Shown here: positions 38,901 through 49,425 of the stretch, piece after piece
Position numbering within the stretch: position 1 is the stretch's first letter
How the letters are laid out: every line of letters starts with the position of its first letter
IMG/VR virus record: IMGVR_UViG_3300035208_002115
Length of the DNA: 64,000 bases
From: a virus
Lineage: Duplodnaviria > Caudoviricetes
Reading direction: 5' to 3' (one strand)
The notes under the pieces: model-generated
What the model saw: the letters and a program-made list of their open reading frames with translations, nothing else
Told to the model about the DNA's origin: nothing
The model's database searches: none
Position numbers and translations under genes: made by a program

Positions 38901-39344
38901 ATGAATGATTTTAAGATAGATATTATTAAGGATAACTATACTAAACCAGAAAAAAATATAGCTATTCATAATAACGCTAATTTATTTATAAAATGTTTTT
39001 CTAATGGTTCTCGTAAACTTATCGGTGAATTGATTGGTTATTATCCATTAACAGAAAGAAAATTAAAAATATTTCAAAATTTTACCTTATCTGAAAAAAG
39101 GGGATTCATTTCAAGATATATTATGGGGTGTGCAAATAAAGCTGGTATCCCAGATATTTACATAAAAGATTTTTTATCTTTGAAATATCGCCTACGAGTG
39201 GAAAAATATAAAATGTCTGAAAATAGAACATTATTAAAAACAAGAGTATTTAAAGAAGAATTGAAATTATTAAATGCTACATTACAACTAACAAGAAAAA
39301 CATCTATCCGAAAACGGAAATTAGATGAGATATTTTTCAAATAA
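38901..39344 (+). CDS. hypothetical protein with RxxK tail
   Basis: Ends IRKRKLDEIFF. Confidence 0.7.
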   Translation: MNDFKIDIIKDNYTKPEKNIAIHNNANLFIKCFSNGSRKLIGELIGYYPLTERKLKIFQNFTLSEKRGFISRYIMGCANKAGIPDIYIKDFLSLKYRLRVEKYKMSENRTLLKTRVFKEELKLLNATLQLTRKTSIRKRKLDEIFFK

Positions 39345-39368
39345 GTAAAAATTCATTTTAATATATAA

Positions 39369-39402
39369 AGGGTGTATTCAGTTTATCTGGATACACCTTT
39401 TT
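39369..39402 (+). terminator. intrinsic terminator-like hairpin
   Basis: ggtgtattcag-tttat-ctggatacacc followed by a T-tract. Confidence 0.65.
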
Positions 39403-39457
39403 GTTTTCTTATGGATTCTAAAAATTTTATATATAACTAAAAATTTAATTAATATTT

Positions 39458-42073
39458 ATGGCTACACCATTGTATAAGAGCATGAAAAATAAGGGTATAA
39501 GTTTTATGGCTTTCCCTTCGGCTTCTGAAGATATAAATATATCCTTTCAAAATGCTGATTATAAGGTAGATTTTACAAAGTTTGTATTATTAAACTTACC
39601 AAAACAAGATTTAATTAATAATGTTTTAGATTTTAGAGAATCTTTCTATACAGTTGACCCTAATACACCGTCAAAATTTTCTGACCAGTTGATAGAATCA
39701 TTAAGAAATTATGTAGCCAATCATGATGTTAATATCAGACAAGCAAAGATAAACTCAAATACTGACTTTTATAATGTTGGTGAACCAAGGACTGTCGTAG
39801 AAAAAATATTTTGGAAGTGGTTAAGGAAAACTGGTGTTATTGATTTAGAACCAGCTTTACACAAAACAGATTGGGATAAAAATCTGACCGATTATAAAAA
39901 TGCGAACGAAGATACTGTATCAAATAGTGATTATTTTAGAAAATATTTATGGAAAGAAAGAGATGTTGTTCCTTATTCAGTTCCATTTATTGAATATATT
40001 GGTTCTGGTCAATTTCAGATAATTGTAAATGAACAATGTAAATTTAGAACAGGTGATATGGTGGTGTTTTCTGGTGATACTGGTGGACAAGTCTCTACGG
40101 GTATTACATATGAAATAATTTCTTTAACAGTTGGGACTGGAAATACAACATTAATAATGGAAGAACCATCTATTACAACAAGTTATACACCATCTAATTT
40201 AGTATTATACTTAAATTATAATAAAGTTATTCAATATATTGGTGAAATAAATGCAATGTCTAAAGTACAAAATTCAAAAAGTAATTTCACTGAAATAACA
40301 GCGTTCATACCCCATCAAGCTGGACAAACACCAACTATTTTATTTGATATCGATAGTGATAATAATTACAGACCAACGATGGAATATCCAATTTTACCGA
40401 GTGATATACAAAGTGAGATTTTAGGTGCAGAAAATTTAAATTCACCCATCAGAACAAACCCAGGGAATTATGCTGGTTCTTTCTATGGACAATTCGATAC
40501 AACAGATAAAAATTATGTTACAAGTAATGGTGATGTTTTAAGATTATCTGGTGATTATTATGGTGTAAAACTGACAAATAATGTCGGGTTAGATGCTGAA
40601 GAATATTTTGAAAAGTTAGATGATTTCGATTCTACTAATATAGATGGTTTAGTTTTAGATTTTACAACAAATCATTATTTGAAAATGAATCTACCAGATT
40701 ATATTTCGAAAAACTTTGATGAATTTAATGCTATGCCATTAAATGGTGAAGCACCAAACGATTTTATGTTTAATGCTATATTGTGGTATTATACGGTTGA
40801 CGATGGTGCTGGTAATATAACTTCTAATCTTTATGGTATATCATTTTTAAATAACCCAGAAAATGATGATGATGACAGTGACGTAGAAAACACATTAATT
40901 ACACCATATAAAAAATATGTTTCTAATGGTGAACAAGATGGTTTATCTTATAATTTTGATTTAAACCTAACATTTGAAGTTGATAATGATATGGTGTCAC
41001 CAAATTTCGACCCAACCGCAATTCATAATTTGTTTGGATTTGAGTTATATAATAATGTAATAAGCACTCTTGGTAAACTTCAAGAGAATTTTATAAATAT
41101 ATCGAATCAATTTGTTAGAATAAATAGTGAATTAAATGATATAAGAAGTTTGGTTTATTCTCAAACTGATTTGGATTATATTAAATTACGTTTAGCTAAT
41201 CTGGAAGAATTATTACAATTGTATCAGACAAATCAACTTGTAAATTCAGAAACTGCGGAAATAGAAGTGGATTATACTGGTATCTACCCAGCAGTGAGTG
41301 TTAATGTTATTGATTTAGAATTTAAAGATATTGAAACCGTTTCAACTTCAACCATTTATCTTTATAATGTGACTAATAGTGCTACCACCGCTAATAGTTA
41401 TAATATAATTGTACCGACTCACAATAAAAAATTATTATACATAATAAATGATGATTTAAACGGTGTTGATTTACCGTTAAAAGTGGTATTGAATAACGAT
41501 TTAAAATATAAACAGGTATTAGATATTTTAATTACGCCTAAAAAGGCTTTATATAGTAAGAAACTTACCGTTTCGATGAATTATGACAACGGGGTTGATG
41601 GTATTATTGAAACAGACTTGATAACAGATATCGATATGCCAATTGATTTGAAAACATATAATCAGACAAATTCAGCCGTTACATATAATAGAACGTATTA
41701 TTCAACCGCTTCTGTTCACCAATATGCTGAATTAGTATTACCAACTGGTGTTACATATGACCAAACTGTTTTATATACAGCATCGAGTAATTTTTATGAA
41801 GTAGGTGAATATGTGTATATAAGTAACTTTTTCTTTTATAGTGGAACGAGTATAATGGATTATAGTGGTTTATACCAAGTTATTGATTCTAAACAACCTT
41901 ATATTATTATAAATTTAAATACTAATGGCATCACATTAACTGGTATACCAAGAATAAGTTTATATAAAGGTTTTAAAATTTCAATATTAAGAATAACTGA
42001 TATTGATGCTATTACTGGTGTTGACACATCGTCAATATTAGATAGATATCTAATTGAAAAAGAAATAATTTAA
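39458..42073 (+). CDS. large structural (baseplate-region) protein
   Basis: 871 aa, ATATATA motif upstream, operon with the gp6-like gene. Confidence 0.55.
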   Translation: MATPLYKSMKNKGISFMAFPSASEDINISFQNADYKVDFTKFVLLNLPKQDLINNVLDFRESFYTVDPNTPSKFSDQLIESLRNYVANHDVNIRQAKINSNTDFYNVGEPRTVVEKIFWKWLRKTGVIDLEPALHKTDWDKNLTDYKNANEDTVSNSDYFRKYLWKERDVVPYSVPFIEYIGSGQFQIIVNEQCKFRTGDMVVFSGDTGGQVSTGITYEIISLTVGTGNTTLIMEEPSITTSYTPSNLVLYLNYNKVIQYIGEINAMSKVQNSKSNFTEITAFIPHQAGQTPTILFDIDSDNNYRPTMEYPILPSDIQSEILGAENLNSPIRTNPGNYAGSFYGQFDTTDKNYVTSNGDVLRLSGDYYGVKLTNNVGLDAEEYFEKLDDFDSTNIDGLVLDFTTNHYLKMNLPDYISKNFDEFNAMPLNGEAPNDFMFNAILWYYTVDDGAGNITSNLYGISFLNNPENDDDDSDVENTLITPYKKYVSNGEQDGLSYNFDLNLTFEVDNDMVSPNFDPTAIHNLFGFELYNNVISTLGKLQENFINISNQFVRINSELNDIRSLVYSQTDLDYIKLRLANLEELLQLYQTNQLVNSETAEIEVDYTGIYPAVSVNVIDLEFKDIETVSTSTIYLYNVTNSATTANSYNIIVPTHNKKLLYIINDDLNGVDLPLKVVLNNDLKYKQVLDILITPKKALYSKKLTVSMNYDNGVDGIIETDLITDIDMPIDLKTYNQTNSAVTYNRTYYSTASVHQYAELVLPTGVTYDQTVLYTASSNFYEVGEYVYISNFFFYSGTSIMDYSGLYQVIDSKQPYIIINLNTNGITLTGIPRISLYKGFKISILRITDIDAITGVDTSSILDRYLIEKEII

Positions 42074-42074
42074 A

Positions 42075-42734
42075 ATGAATATATCTTTAGAGAACATACA
42101 AAAAATTATAAAAGAATTGTTCGATGAATCTAAAGTAACGTCAGTCGAAACAGTGTATGAGAAAACTGATGATGGAAAAGGTTTTAAAGTTGTCATATTT
42201 ATTCATAATTTATTTTATAATAAATCAAATATAATTTATAGTAAATTATTATTTGTTGTTGATGACCAGAAAGTGAATTTATTGAATAATCATTTTACAT
42301 ATTTATATGATATAAATTGTGATTACAGGCGAGTCAATTTTAAGGATTTAGATGAATTGGAATCTAAATTAAAAAAAGTTTTTTTAACCAGATTGTTCGG
42401 AAACGATTTAAAATTATTATCGGATATTATGACTGCGCCGGGCACGTTGATTGATAAGTGGTTTAAAGATAATGAATTGAGTGAGTATAATGTATATAGT
42501 TTCAAATATGAACCAAAAATAAAAGTAATGCCTTGTGAAAACCTTTTTTTCACCTTTGTTTTAAATCTCAATAATAAGGATATTATTGAAATTTTACTTA
42601 TTAAAATAAGCAAAACAGAATATAGTTTGAAATTTAAGTGTAATGATATTATAAAGGATTCAACTATACAAAATTTAAACGATTTCGTAAATGAAACCGG
42701 GATTTATATTAAAGAAAATATAAAAAATAATTAA
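42075..42734 (+). CDS. hypothetical protein
   Basis: ORF track. Confidence 0.7.
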   Translation: MNISLENIQKIIKELFDESKVTSVETVYEKTDDGKGFKVVIFIHNLFYNKSNIIYSKLLFVVDDQKVNLLNNHFTYLYDINCDYRRVNFKDLDELESKLKKVFLTRLFGNDLKLLSDIMTAPGTLIDKWFKDNELSEYNVYSFKYEPKIKVMPCENLFFTFVLNLNNKDIIEILLIKISKTEYSLKFKCNDIIKDSTIQNLNDFVNETGIYIKENIKNN

Positions 42735-42741
42735 TAAATGA

Positions 42742-44604
42742 ATGGCCTTTTTCAATTTTATAGAATTAGAAGCACAAAAGCTTTCTGACCAGATTAGAAA
42801 CTGGTTACGTGGTGTATATAATAAAAGCGATTTAAATTTTACAAATGCTTCACCACATGGTCAAATTGTCAATGTTCAGGAAGAATTTTTTCAACATACC
42901 ATGTTACATTTGAAAAACTCTGTCAATCAAATAGATATTGAGAACACATTCAATGAAAAGGCTATTAGAAGTATAGCAAGAATAAGTGGTCATAATGCAA
43001 GTAGGGCGGTTTCAGCAACAGGTGTTTTAAAACTGAGAATAAAATCTGGAGTTAATTTATTAGAGGATGTTGGGACTACCAGCATTGTGATACCAAACGA
43101 AACCGTTATTAAAAATAATACAAATGGTTTAAATTATACAATATTGTCTAATGATGAATTTAGTTCTTACAATTTTGGTAGTTCAAAAGAAATTTATTTA
43201 AATCTAATTCAGGGAAAATACGAAGTTAAACGATTTACTGGTAATGGTTTACCACACCAGTCTTTTAGTATTGAAGTATCAAATCTTAAAAAAATTGATA
43301 ATTTTGAAGTGTATGTGACATATAATGATTATCAAGTTACATTAAAAGATGATTTATATGATTTACTTCCAACTGCATATGAGTGTTTTGTTAAAACTGG
43401 AATGAATGGTGGTGTTGACGTATATTTTGGTACAAATGATTTTGGATTCATACCATCCCAAGGTTCTCGAATAGAAATTAAATTTTTATTAACTGATGGT
43501 ACAGATGGTAACATAACAAATTTAACATTAAACGATTTTAAATTCGTAGATGAGGTTTCATCATCTGTTGGTGATGTTATATCAGTAGAAGATTATTTCG
43601 ATATTACAATAGACAGAGAAATAAGTTTTTCATCTAATGGTGAAAGTACGTTATTTACCAAAAATATATTACCATATGTTTCAAGAAATTTTGTGTTAGC
43701 TACGCCAAATCAGTTTATATATCATTTAAAACGTTTGAATATGTTTTCAAAGGTAAATGCTTATAATTTATTAAATGATTATGATGAATTTAATAAAAAT
43801 AAAATTATAAATGAATTAAAAAATGATATCAATGATAATATTATAAATAATGTTAAAAGAGCAGATATTTTAAATAAAATAACATATCTTGAAAATCTAA
43901 ATATATCGAATGATGATAAAATGTTTTTATATTTAGTCCCAGATATTACCCGTTTCTTTACGAGTGATGTTAATTATTTCAATGCACCTTTAAGTATATT
44001 TTATTTGGATAATGATGAACAGAATAAAGTTATGAAGTATCTTAAAAAAATGGGTATATTAATGTTGACAAGTGATGTTGAAATAATACAACCAACAATA
44101 ACAAGATATATAGCAAACATTTTTGTCAGAAGATACAGTGATACTGTTGAAGAAAATGTGAGAGAAGAAATAATTGAGAAAATGTCCAATTATTTTATTA
44201 ATAATCAAAGGTTCGACAGAGTTATTAAAGCCGACATTATTAAAACTTTAAAATTTTCTAATAATATAGATTCTATTGATATTTATTTTATTTCTGAAAA
44301 AAATGAAAGTTATCATAAAGACGGACAAAAGACTTATAATACAGCTCCCAAAGAATTAGAAAAAGCTTCTTTCACTAAAAATAATGTCATGTATCAATTA
44401 AAAAAATATGATAAAAAAATAGTATTGGGATTAGATTCTTCTATGGGTGATATTGTAATAGGGAAGGATGAACTTCCAATTATAAGAGGTGGTTGGATAG
44501 ATAGAAATGGTCTATATTATAATGAAACCCCTATGGAGAACGGACTTGGGCCAGTTAATATTATTTTTAAGGGAGTTAGTGAAAGAAAAACTAACAACAA
44601 TTAA
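42742..44604 (+). CDS. baseplate wedge protein (T4 gp6-like)
   Basis: SI..IA...G....RA.SA, L.QG....F.G.G...Q.F, VYFG...FG.IP..G..I...L.TDG..GN, GES, R..VLA. Confidence 0.75.
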   Translation: MAFFNFIELEAQKLSDQIRNWLRGVYNKSDLNFTNASPHGQIVNVQEEFFQHTMLHLKNSVNQIDIENTFNEKAIRSIARISGHNASRAVSATGVLKLRIKSGVNLLEDVGTTSIVIPNETVIKNNTNGLNYTILSNDEFSSYNFGSSKEIYLNLIQGKYEVKRFTGNGLPHQSFSIEVSNLKKIDNFEVYVTYNDYQVTLKDDLYDLLPTAYECFVKTGMNGGVDVYFGTNDFGFIPSQGSRIEIKFLLTDGTDGNITNLTLNDFKFVDEVSSSVGDVISVEDYFDITIDREISFSSNGESTLFTKNILPYVSRNFVLATPNQFIYHLKRLNMFSKVNAYNLLNDYDEFNKNKIINELKNDINDNIINNVKRADILNKITYLENLNISNDDKMFLYLVPDITRFFTSDVNYFNAPLSIFYLDNDEQNKVMKYLKKMGILMLTSDVEIIQPTITRYIANIFVRRYSDTVEENVREEIIEKMSNYFINNQRFDRVIKADIIKTLKFSNNIDSIDIYFISEKNESYHKDGQKTYNTAPKELEKASFTKNNVMYQLKKYDKKIVLGLDSSMGDIVIGKDELPIIRGGWIDRNGLYYNETPMENGLGPVNIIFKGVSERKTNNN

Positions 44605-44606
44605 TC

Positions 44607-45188
44607 ATGATTAAATTATATTTTGATTTTTTAAATGAGAGAATCAATACTAATCTAATTGTAACACCTATTTATCATTTCACCAGTATTTATAATTTAT
44701 ATAAAATACTTCGTTCTTATAAACCAAATGAAGGGATATTTCTTCATAATACATATTCTAATTACATGTCTTTTAGTCGTAATTTTGATATGAAATCTAA
44801 AGAATTACGTGTAGATAAAAGAAGTTGTAGAATCGCTGTTGATTATAATAAATTAAAAAACAATTATAAAATAAAACCATATTCTGACCAAATATATAAA
44901 GATGAAACAGAACGGGAAGAAAGAGTTTTTACACAAAAATATAATCTGGATGGTATAAATATTGTGTCCTCATTAATTGATATTGAAATATTAAAAGATG
45001 CCCCATATGAAGAAGAATTAAATGATAGGAAGTATGGTATTATAAACACTCATCACCCAGATGAAAATATATATTTAAATGATAAGAATGCAATAGATAA
45101 AATTTATAATGAATATAAAAATAAAATATATAATTTAAAAACACATTTACCTATAAAATTTGTAGATAATTTTAAACCAGTACTATGA
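44607..45188 (+). CDS. CTS-tagged ART-fold-like protein
   Basis: MIKLYFDFLNE; IYHFT......IL, MSFSRN, D..KL...YKIKPY, E.EERV. Confidence 0.5.
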   Translation: MIKLYFDFLNERINTNLIVTPIYHFTSIYNLYKILRSYKPNEGIFLHNTYSNYMSFSRNFDMKSKELRVDKRSCRIAVDYNKLKNNYKIKPYSDQIYKDETEREERVFTQKYNLDGINIVSSLIDIEILKDAPYEEELNDRKYGIINTHHPDENIYLNDKNAIDKIYNEYKNKIYNLKTHLPIKFVDNFKPVL

Positions 45189-45931
45189 AAACATTTGAAG
45201 AATATCATACTAATTATAACTTATTCACATTCAAACCTTATGATTCTTATGAGATAGAAACCCCAACTAATAAAATTTTATATTATAGGGTGTATGATAA
45301 GATAAAAGAGATATCTGGGCTGTATCCATATATAATAAAACATTTAGATGAAATAAGGGAATTTATTAAGCTGGACGTAATAATACAACAACCTGAAAAT
45401 GAAAAGTTATTATTTGATAAATTAATCAGAATTGGTAATGCATTTAATGTTGATTTTGATATGAATCTTTCTTCTATATCAGAATTAGAAGCTGATAAGA
45501 TATTAGATAAAAGATTGCCCAATTTATATGAACCTATATTTAAAAAACCTATTAGTTTTGACTTTGATGGTGTATTACATAAATCAATAATACGGGGTAC
45601 TATACACCCAAAAAATTATAATGATTATGATAATTTCGAACCTAATCTGGAGATGATTAACAAAATAAACGAATTATCAAAAAACCATTCTATTGTTATC
45701 ATAACATCACGACAAAATTATGAAATAAGTAGTATTTGGAGATTTTTACACCAAAACAATGTGAAAATTCAAGAGGTGTTCACAACCGATGGAGATAGAG
45801 TTAAAAAATCATATATCTTAAAAACTATAAAAGCTCTGCAACACTATGATGATAACATCCAGATAAAGAATGATGTTGAACAGGCTGGTGTTGTTTTTCA
45901 ATTTGTCAACACAAACATATATTTTAAGTAA
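45185..45931 (+). CDS. CTS-tagged protein with C-terminal HAD-family phosphatase domain
   Basis: MKTFEEY; SFDFDGVL, ITSR, K, HYDD. Confidence 0.7.
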   Translation: MKTFEEYHTNYNLFTFKPYDSYEIETPTNKILYYRVYDKIKEISGLYPYIIKHLDEIREFIKLDVIIQQPENEKLLFDKLIRIGNAFNVDFDMNLSSISELEADKILDKRLPNLYEPIFKKPISFDFDGVLHKSIIRGTIHPKNYNDYDNFEPNLEMINKINELSKNHSIVIITSRQNYEISSIWRFLHQNNVKIQEVFTTDGDRVKKSYILKTIKALQHYDDNIQIKNDVEQAGVVFQFVNTNIYFK

Positions 45932-45939
45932 CAATTATC

Positions 45940-45967
45940 AAACAAATAATAGTTTATTTATTATAAG
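45940..45967 (+). promoter_or_regulatory. AAAC-N18-TATAAG motif
   Basis: AAAC 45940-943, TATAAG 45962-967. Confidence 0.6.
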
Positions 45968-45987
45968 TATAAAAAGATAAATTATTA

Positions 45988-46899
45988 ATGGGTATTATTG
46001 ATTATAATGATAAAAAGTTAAAAGATATATATGTTTTTTTAAAAGACCCGAACATAATGTTCTTCAACGATGGGTATAAAATTCTACATGCAACAAGATA
46101 TAACTTCAGGAGAATATTCAAAACGAAAGATATTTTTACTTATATAAATTATTTCACTTTAAATCGATATTTACTATTAAAGAGTTTACTGGGTTATAAA
46201 GGTTCGAATGACCGTTTGAAAAGTATTGTTAAAATGCTTGTTAATGATAATTCTAATAAAAGACTAAAAATTCTTGATAGTATATTAAGTGATAAATATC
46301 TTTTTAAGATAATATGTAAATATTATCCGAATAAAATTATTTATAATAATGAAGAACGCAATATTGATTATTTAAATCATATATATGTTCATGCTGATAA
46401 AATATATTCAGAGGGTAATTTCATTAAATTATTAGACCGTGCTGAAAGTACTACACTTGTTCCAAATGATGATAATTCTATCTGTAAATTACTAAATGCT
46501 GGTTTAGTGAAAGGTATGATTTGTAAAGATTCTACTTTAAATCATAAAAAATTCGGTGTTGATTTAATAATGATAAATGAAAAAAATAAAAGTGAATTTG
46601 GTCTTAAAACAATAATATTAAATGTAAAAAGCGAATGGAACATATTACATTTGAATGTTGTAAAAATAATTTTTTTAGATGTAGAATCGGATATATTTAA
46701 CTTTAAAAAAGATACAAATACTATGAAATATCAATTTATAGTATTTTTATGTGACGACTGTTTGGGGTTTATAAGTACAGCAGAAATACAGCTTATAGAA
46801 AATAAAAAAACAGATAAGATTGTTAAATTAGAATTCAGTAAAAACGTAACTAAAGCAACATTAAACTCTTACTTAAAAAAATACCCTTTAAAAAAATAA
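45988..46899 (+). CDS. hypothetical protein
   Basis: ORF track. Confidence 0.65.
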   Translation: MGIIDYNDKKLKDIYVFLKDPNIMFFNDGYKILHATRYNFRRIFKTKDIFTYINYFTLNRYLLLKSLLGYKGSNDRLKSIVKMLVNDNSNKRLKILDSILSDKYLFKIICKYYPNKIIYNNEERNIDYLNHIYVHADKIYSEGNFIKLLDRAESTTLVPNDDNSICKLLNAGLVKGMICKDSTLNHKKFGVDLIMINEKNKSEFGLKTIILNVKSEWNILHLNVVKIIFLDVESDIFNFKKDTNTMKYQFIVFLCDDCLGFISTAEIQLIENKKTDKIVKLEFSKNVTKATLNSYLKKYPLKK

Positions 46900-46932
46900 A
46901 TATATAGTAATATAAAAAAATAAATCCAATCA

Positions 46933-47481
46933 ATGAAAAAAATTTGTTTTTTACTATTACTATTTTTTATCAGTAGTAATACTTTTTCTCAATTATTATT
47001 AGATACTTTACCACCTGATTCTTTGGGTGTTATCATTATTGACAAAGAACGAGTTAAAAAATCAGAATTAGACCTTAATTTGTATGTTTATTATTATGCC
47101 GAAGCTAATCAGAATTATTATGCTGGTAATTATAAAAAAGCCTACAAGATGTATTCTAAACTATTTGATTATGACCCATACAATTATAATTTCAATTATA
47201 GGATGGGTTTAACCCTTTATAAAAGGAGTTTATATAGCTCATCATTATATTATTTTTTATATGCTGCTGAATGTATAAATTCTAACTACTTGAATTCGGT
47301 TTATGAACAAGAAACACCGCCTATTGTTTTTATGTATTTAGGTGATATATATTGTGATATAAATGCTAAATATCCAATGGAATTCTTTTATAATAAATAT
47401 TTAGAATATGTAAATGATGATAGTACGAAAATTGATATTGAATCGAAAATTAAAGAATGTAGTAGACCCAACTGGCGTTAA
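46933..47481 (+). CDS. exported TPR-like protein
   Basis: Signal peptide ending FSQ; A...Y..GNY..A...Y..L...P...FNYRMG. Confidence 0.65.
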   Translation: MKKICFLLLLFFISSNTFSQLLLDTLPPDSLGVIIIDKERVKKSELDLNLYVYYYAEANQNYYAGNYKKAYKMYSKLFDYDPYNYNFNYRMGLTLYKRSLYSSSLYYFLYAAECINSNYLNSVYEQETPPIVFMYLGDIYCDINAKYPMEFFYNKYLEYVNDDSTKIDIESKIKECSRPNWR

Positions 47482-48257
47482 AAAATCGAAGAAACTATAA
47501 AATATTTATTTGTATCTATTAATTTAGAATGAGTTTTTCTGATTCCCTGTTTTATTGTAACCTTTGGCATCCAGTCAAGTTTTTTGACCGTTCTGTTATA
47601 TTTTGAATTCCTATACTGGTATTTATTTTCATCCCAGAAAATTAATTCCCCAGTATAATTTAAACATTCTTTTATTAAATCCGCTAAACACTTCAGGTTT
47701 AAATTAGAACCAGTTCTTAAATCTACTATTTGATTCGTATTAAAATTGTCTATAATATTAATGGTGGCGTTTGCTAAATCGTCACCATGTATGAAGTTTC
47801 TTTTACGATTATTTTCTATTTGTAAATAAATTATTGGATTATTATAAATATTAGATTCATGAATTTGTCTTAATATGGTGGCAAATATACTACATGTTTC
47901 AAAATTATAATCATCATTATCACCATATACTTCATCTATCAATATAGTAATCAAAGACTGTTGTTGTAATTTAGTGTAATTATCGTAATCATTTATATTT
48001 AAATAATTTATTATTTTTTTACATTTAATATTTATAAGGAGATTTATTATTTTTTGTTCATACTCTTTATCAAATGTAGTAATAAAACAATAATCTGGTT
48101 TTGTTGCAAATATAAATTCCTTCAATTCATTATCATTCTTATAATTTAAATCAGATGAATCGATGACATTAAATTTATTAAATACAAGCTTATGATAAAT
48201 TGATGAACCAATAACATCCTCTTGATTAAGAATGAGAATTCTATTATTCTTATTCAT
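47478..48257 (-). CDS. degenerate GDP-L-fucose synthase / NAD-dependent epimerase-like protein
   Basis: KPDY.F, VYG.NDDY, R.FIH.DDLA.A, GS.....LA..I.....Y.G...WD, L.W.P......GI..T; GxxGxxG absent. Confidence 0.65.
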   Translation of the reverse strand: MNKNNRILILNQEDVIGSSIYHKLVFNKFNVIDSSDLNYKNDNELKEFIFATKPDYCFITTFDKEYEQKIINLLINIKCKKIINYLNINDYDNYTKLQQQSLITILIDEVYGDNDDYNFETCSIFATILRQIHESNIYNNPIIYLQIENNRKRNFIHGDDLANATINIIDNFNTNQIVDLRTGSNLNLKCLADLIKECLNYTGELIFWDENKYQYRNSKYNRTVKKLDWMPKVTIKQGIRKTHSKLIDTNKYFIVSSIF

Positions 48258-48326
48258 TAAAACTAAAAATTTTTTGTGTACTTATAATTTAGTAGAAATA
48301 TATGAGTTTCCCCACAATAGTATATA

Positions 48327-48596
48327 TTAAATAATATTGTTCTCTTTTAAGAAATCTTTGTGAGCTTCGATTATAGAATCTATTGTTGAAAAATCATGTT
48401 CTTCAAAATTTGGGTGTCTAAAAAAATCAATTTGTTCTAATATTATTTTTAAACGAGATACACAATCTAATATATCAAAACTTATATAATCATAGTATGC
48501 TGGCATACTTTTTAATTCTTGAATGTTTTTAATATTACTTTCTAATTCAGATTCCCAAAATACAACTAAAGAAGAAAAGGTATTATCTTGTTTCAT
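48327..48596 (-). CDS. hypothetical protein
   Basis: ORF track. Confidence 0.65.
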   Translation of the reverse strand: MKQDNTFSSLVVFWESELESNIKNIQELKSMPAYYDYISFDILDCVSRLKIILEQIDFFRHPNFEEHDFSTIDSIIEAHKDFLKENNII

Positions 48597-49002
48597 ACTT
48601 TTTTAATTTTTTAATTTCTTCCTTCATATCTTCTTCGTAGAATTCCATGATAAATTCTAAATATCTTGGGTTAATGGCTGGGTTGTATTTTATAAACAAA
48701 TCTATATCGCCTTTTGGAAATTTTTTACTCTCTTTCTTTTCAACTTTAGTCCAATACCACCAAGGGGTATCAAATGTTTTCTTAAATATTTTAAACCAAA
48801 TATCTAAGGCAGAGGCTCTATTTCCAAGTTTAGTGTTGAAAAAATTAGCTTCCGTTGGAAATTTAGCTGCAAATTTCCTATTTATAATAAAAAAAGTATT
48901 TTCTTTATCTATATCACTCAGACCAAGATATTTGTCTTTTTCTCTGAATATATAATTTACTACTTTTATAAAATCTATTTTTTCCTCTACCATATTAAAC
49001 AA
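48583..49002 (-). CDS. hypothetical protein, possibly clamp-loader small subunit (gp62)-like
   Basis: FIINR.F....AN..N...W..K pattern and size. Confidence 0.35.
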   Translation of the reverse strand: MFNMVEEKIDFIKVVNYIFREKDKYLGLSDIDKENTFFIINRKFAAKFPTEANFFNTKLGNRASALDIWFKIFKKTFDTPWWYWTKVEKKESKKFPKGDIDLFIKYNPAINPRYLEFIMEFYEEDMKEEIKKLKKYETR

Positions 49003-49381
49003 AATTTAAAAAACAATTATAAGTACATTCAAATGATTCTTGAACTTTTATCATCACTTCGTTTGGTGTTTTACCATAAATGTATGATTCATTGAAACCG
49101 ATATTAGCATCTCTTATGTATGGGAAATGAGCGCAAAAGTTATCCACAATTGAAGGTACGGTTGAACCAGCGCACCCTTTTTGTTGAATAACAACCATTG
49201 GTATGAGTATTTTTTTACCAAACATTTCATAATCAGGCATGGCTTTAGTTTTCATTTTAACATACCCCTTTATTACCCATCGATTGTGTTCATCAGGCTT
49301 TATATTAATAATATCATCTGGCGTTACTATATTACATTTTTCTAAATAGTGATATCTCCATATTATTTTAGGGGGTGTCAT
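48995..49381 (-). CDS. hypothetical protein
   Basis: ORF track. Confidence 0.65.
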   Translation of the reverse strand: MTPPKIIWRYHYLEKCNIVTPDDIINIKPDEHNRWVIKGYVKMKTKAMPDYEMFGKKILIPMVVIQQKGCAGSTVPSIVDNFCAHFPYIRDANIGFNESYIYGKTPNEVMIKVQESFECTYNCFLNFV

Positions 49382-49397
49382 AATACGATGTTTTAAT

Positions 49398-49425
49398 GTT
49401 ATATTCTAAAAAACTGTTTTTGTTT
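49398..49425 (-). promoter_or_regulatory. AAAC-N18-TATAAC motif
   Basis: Reverse-complement match upstream of 49381. Confidence 0.55.
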
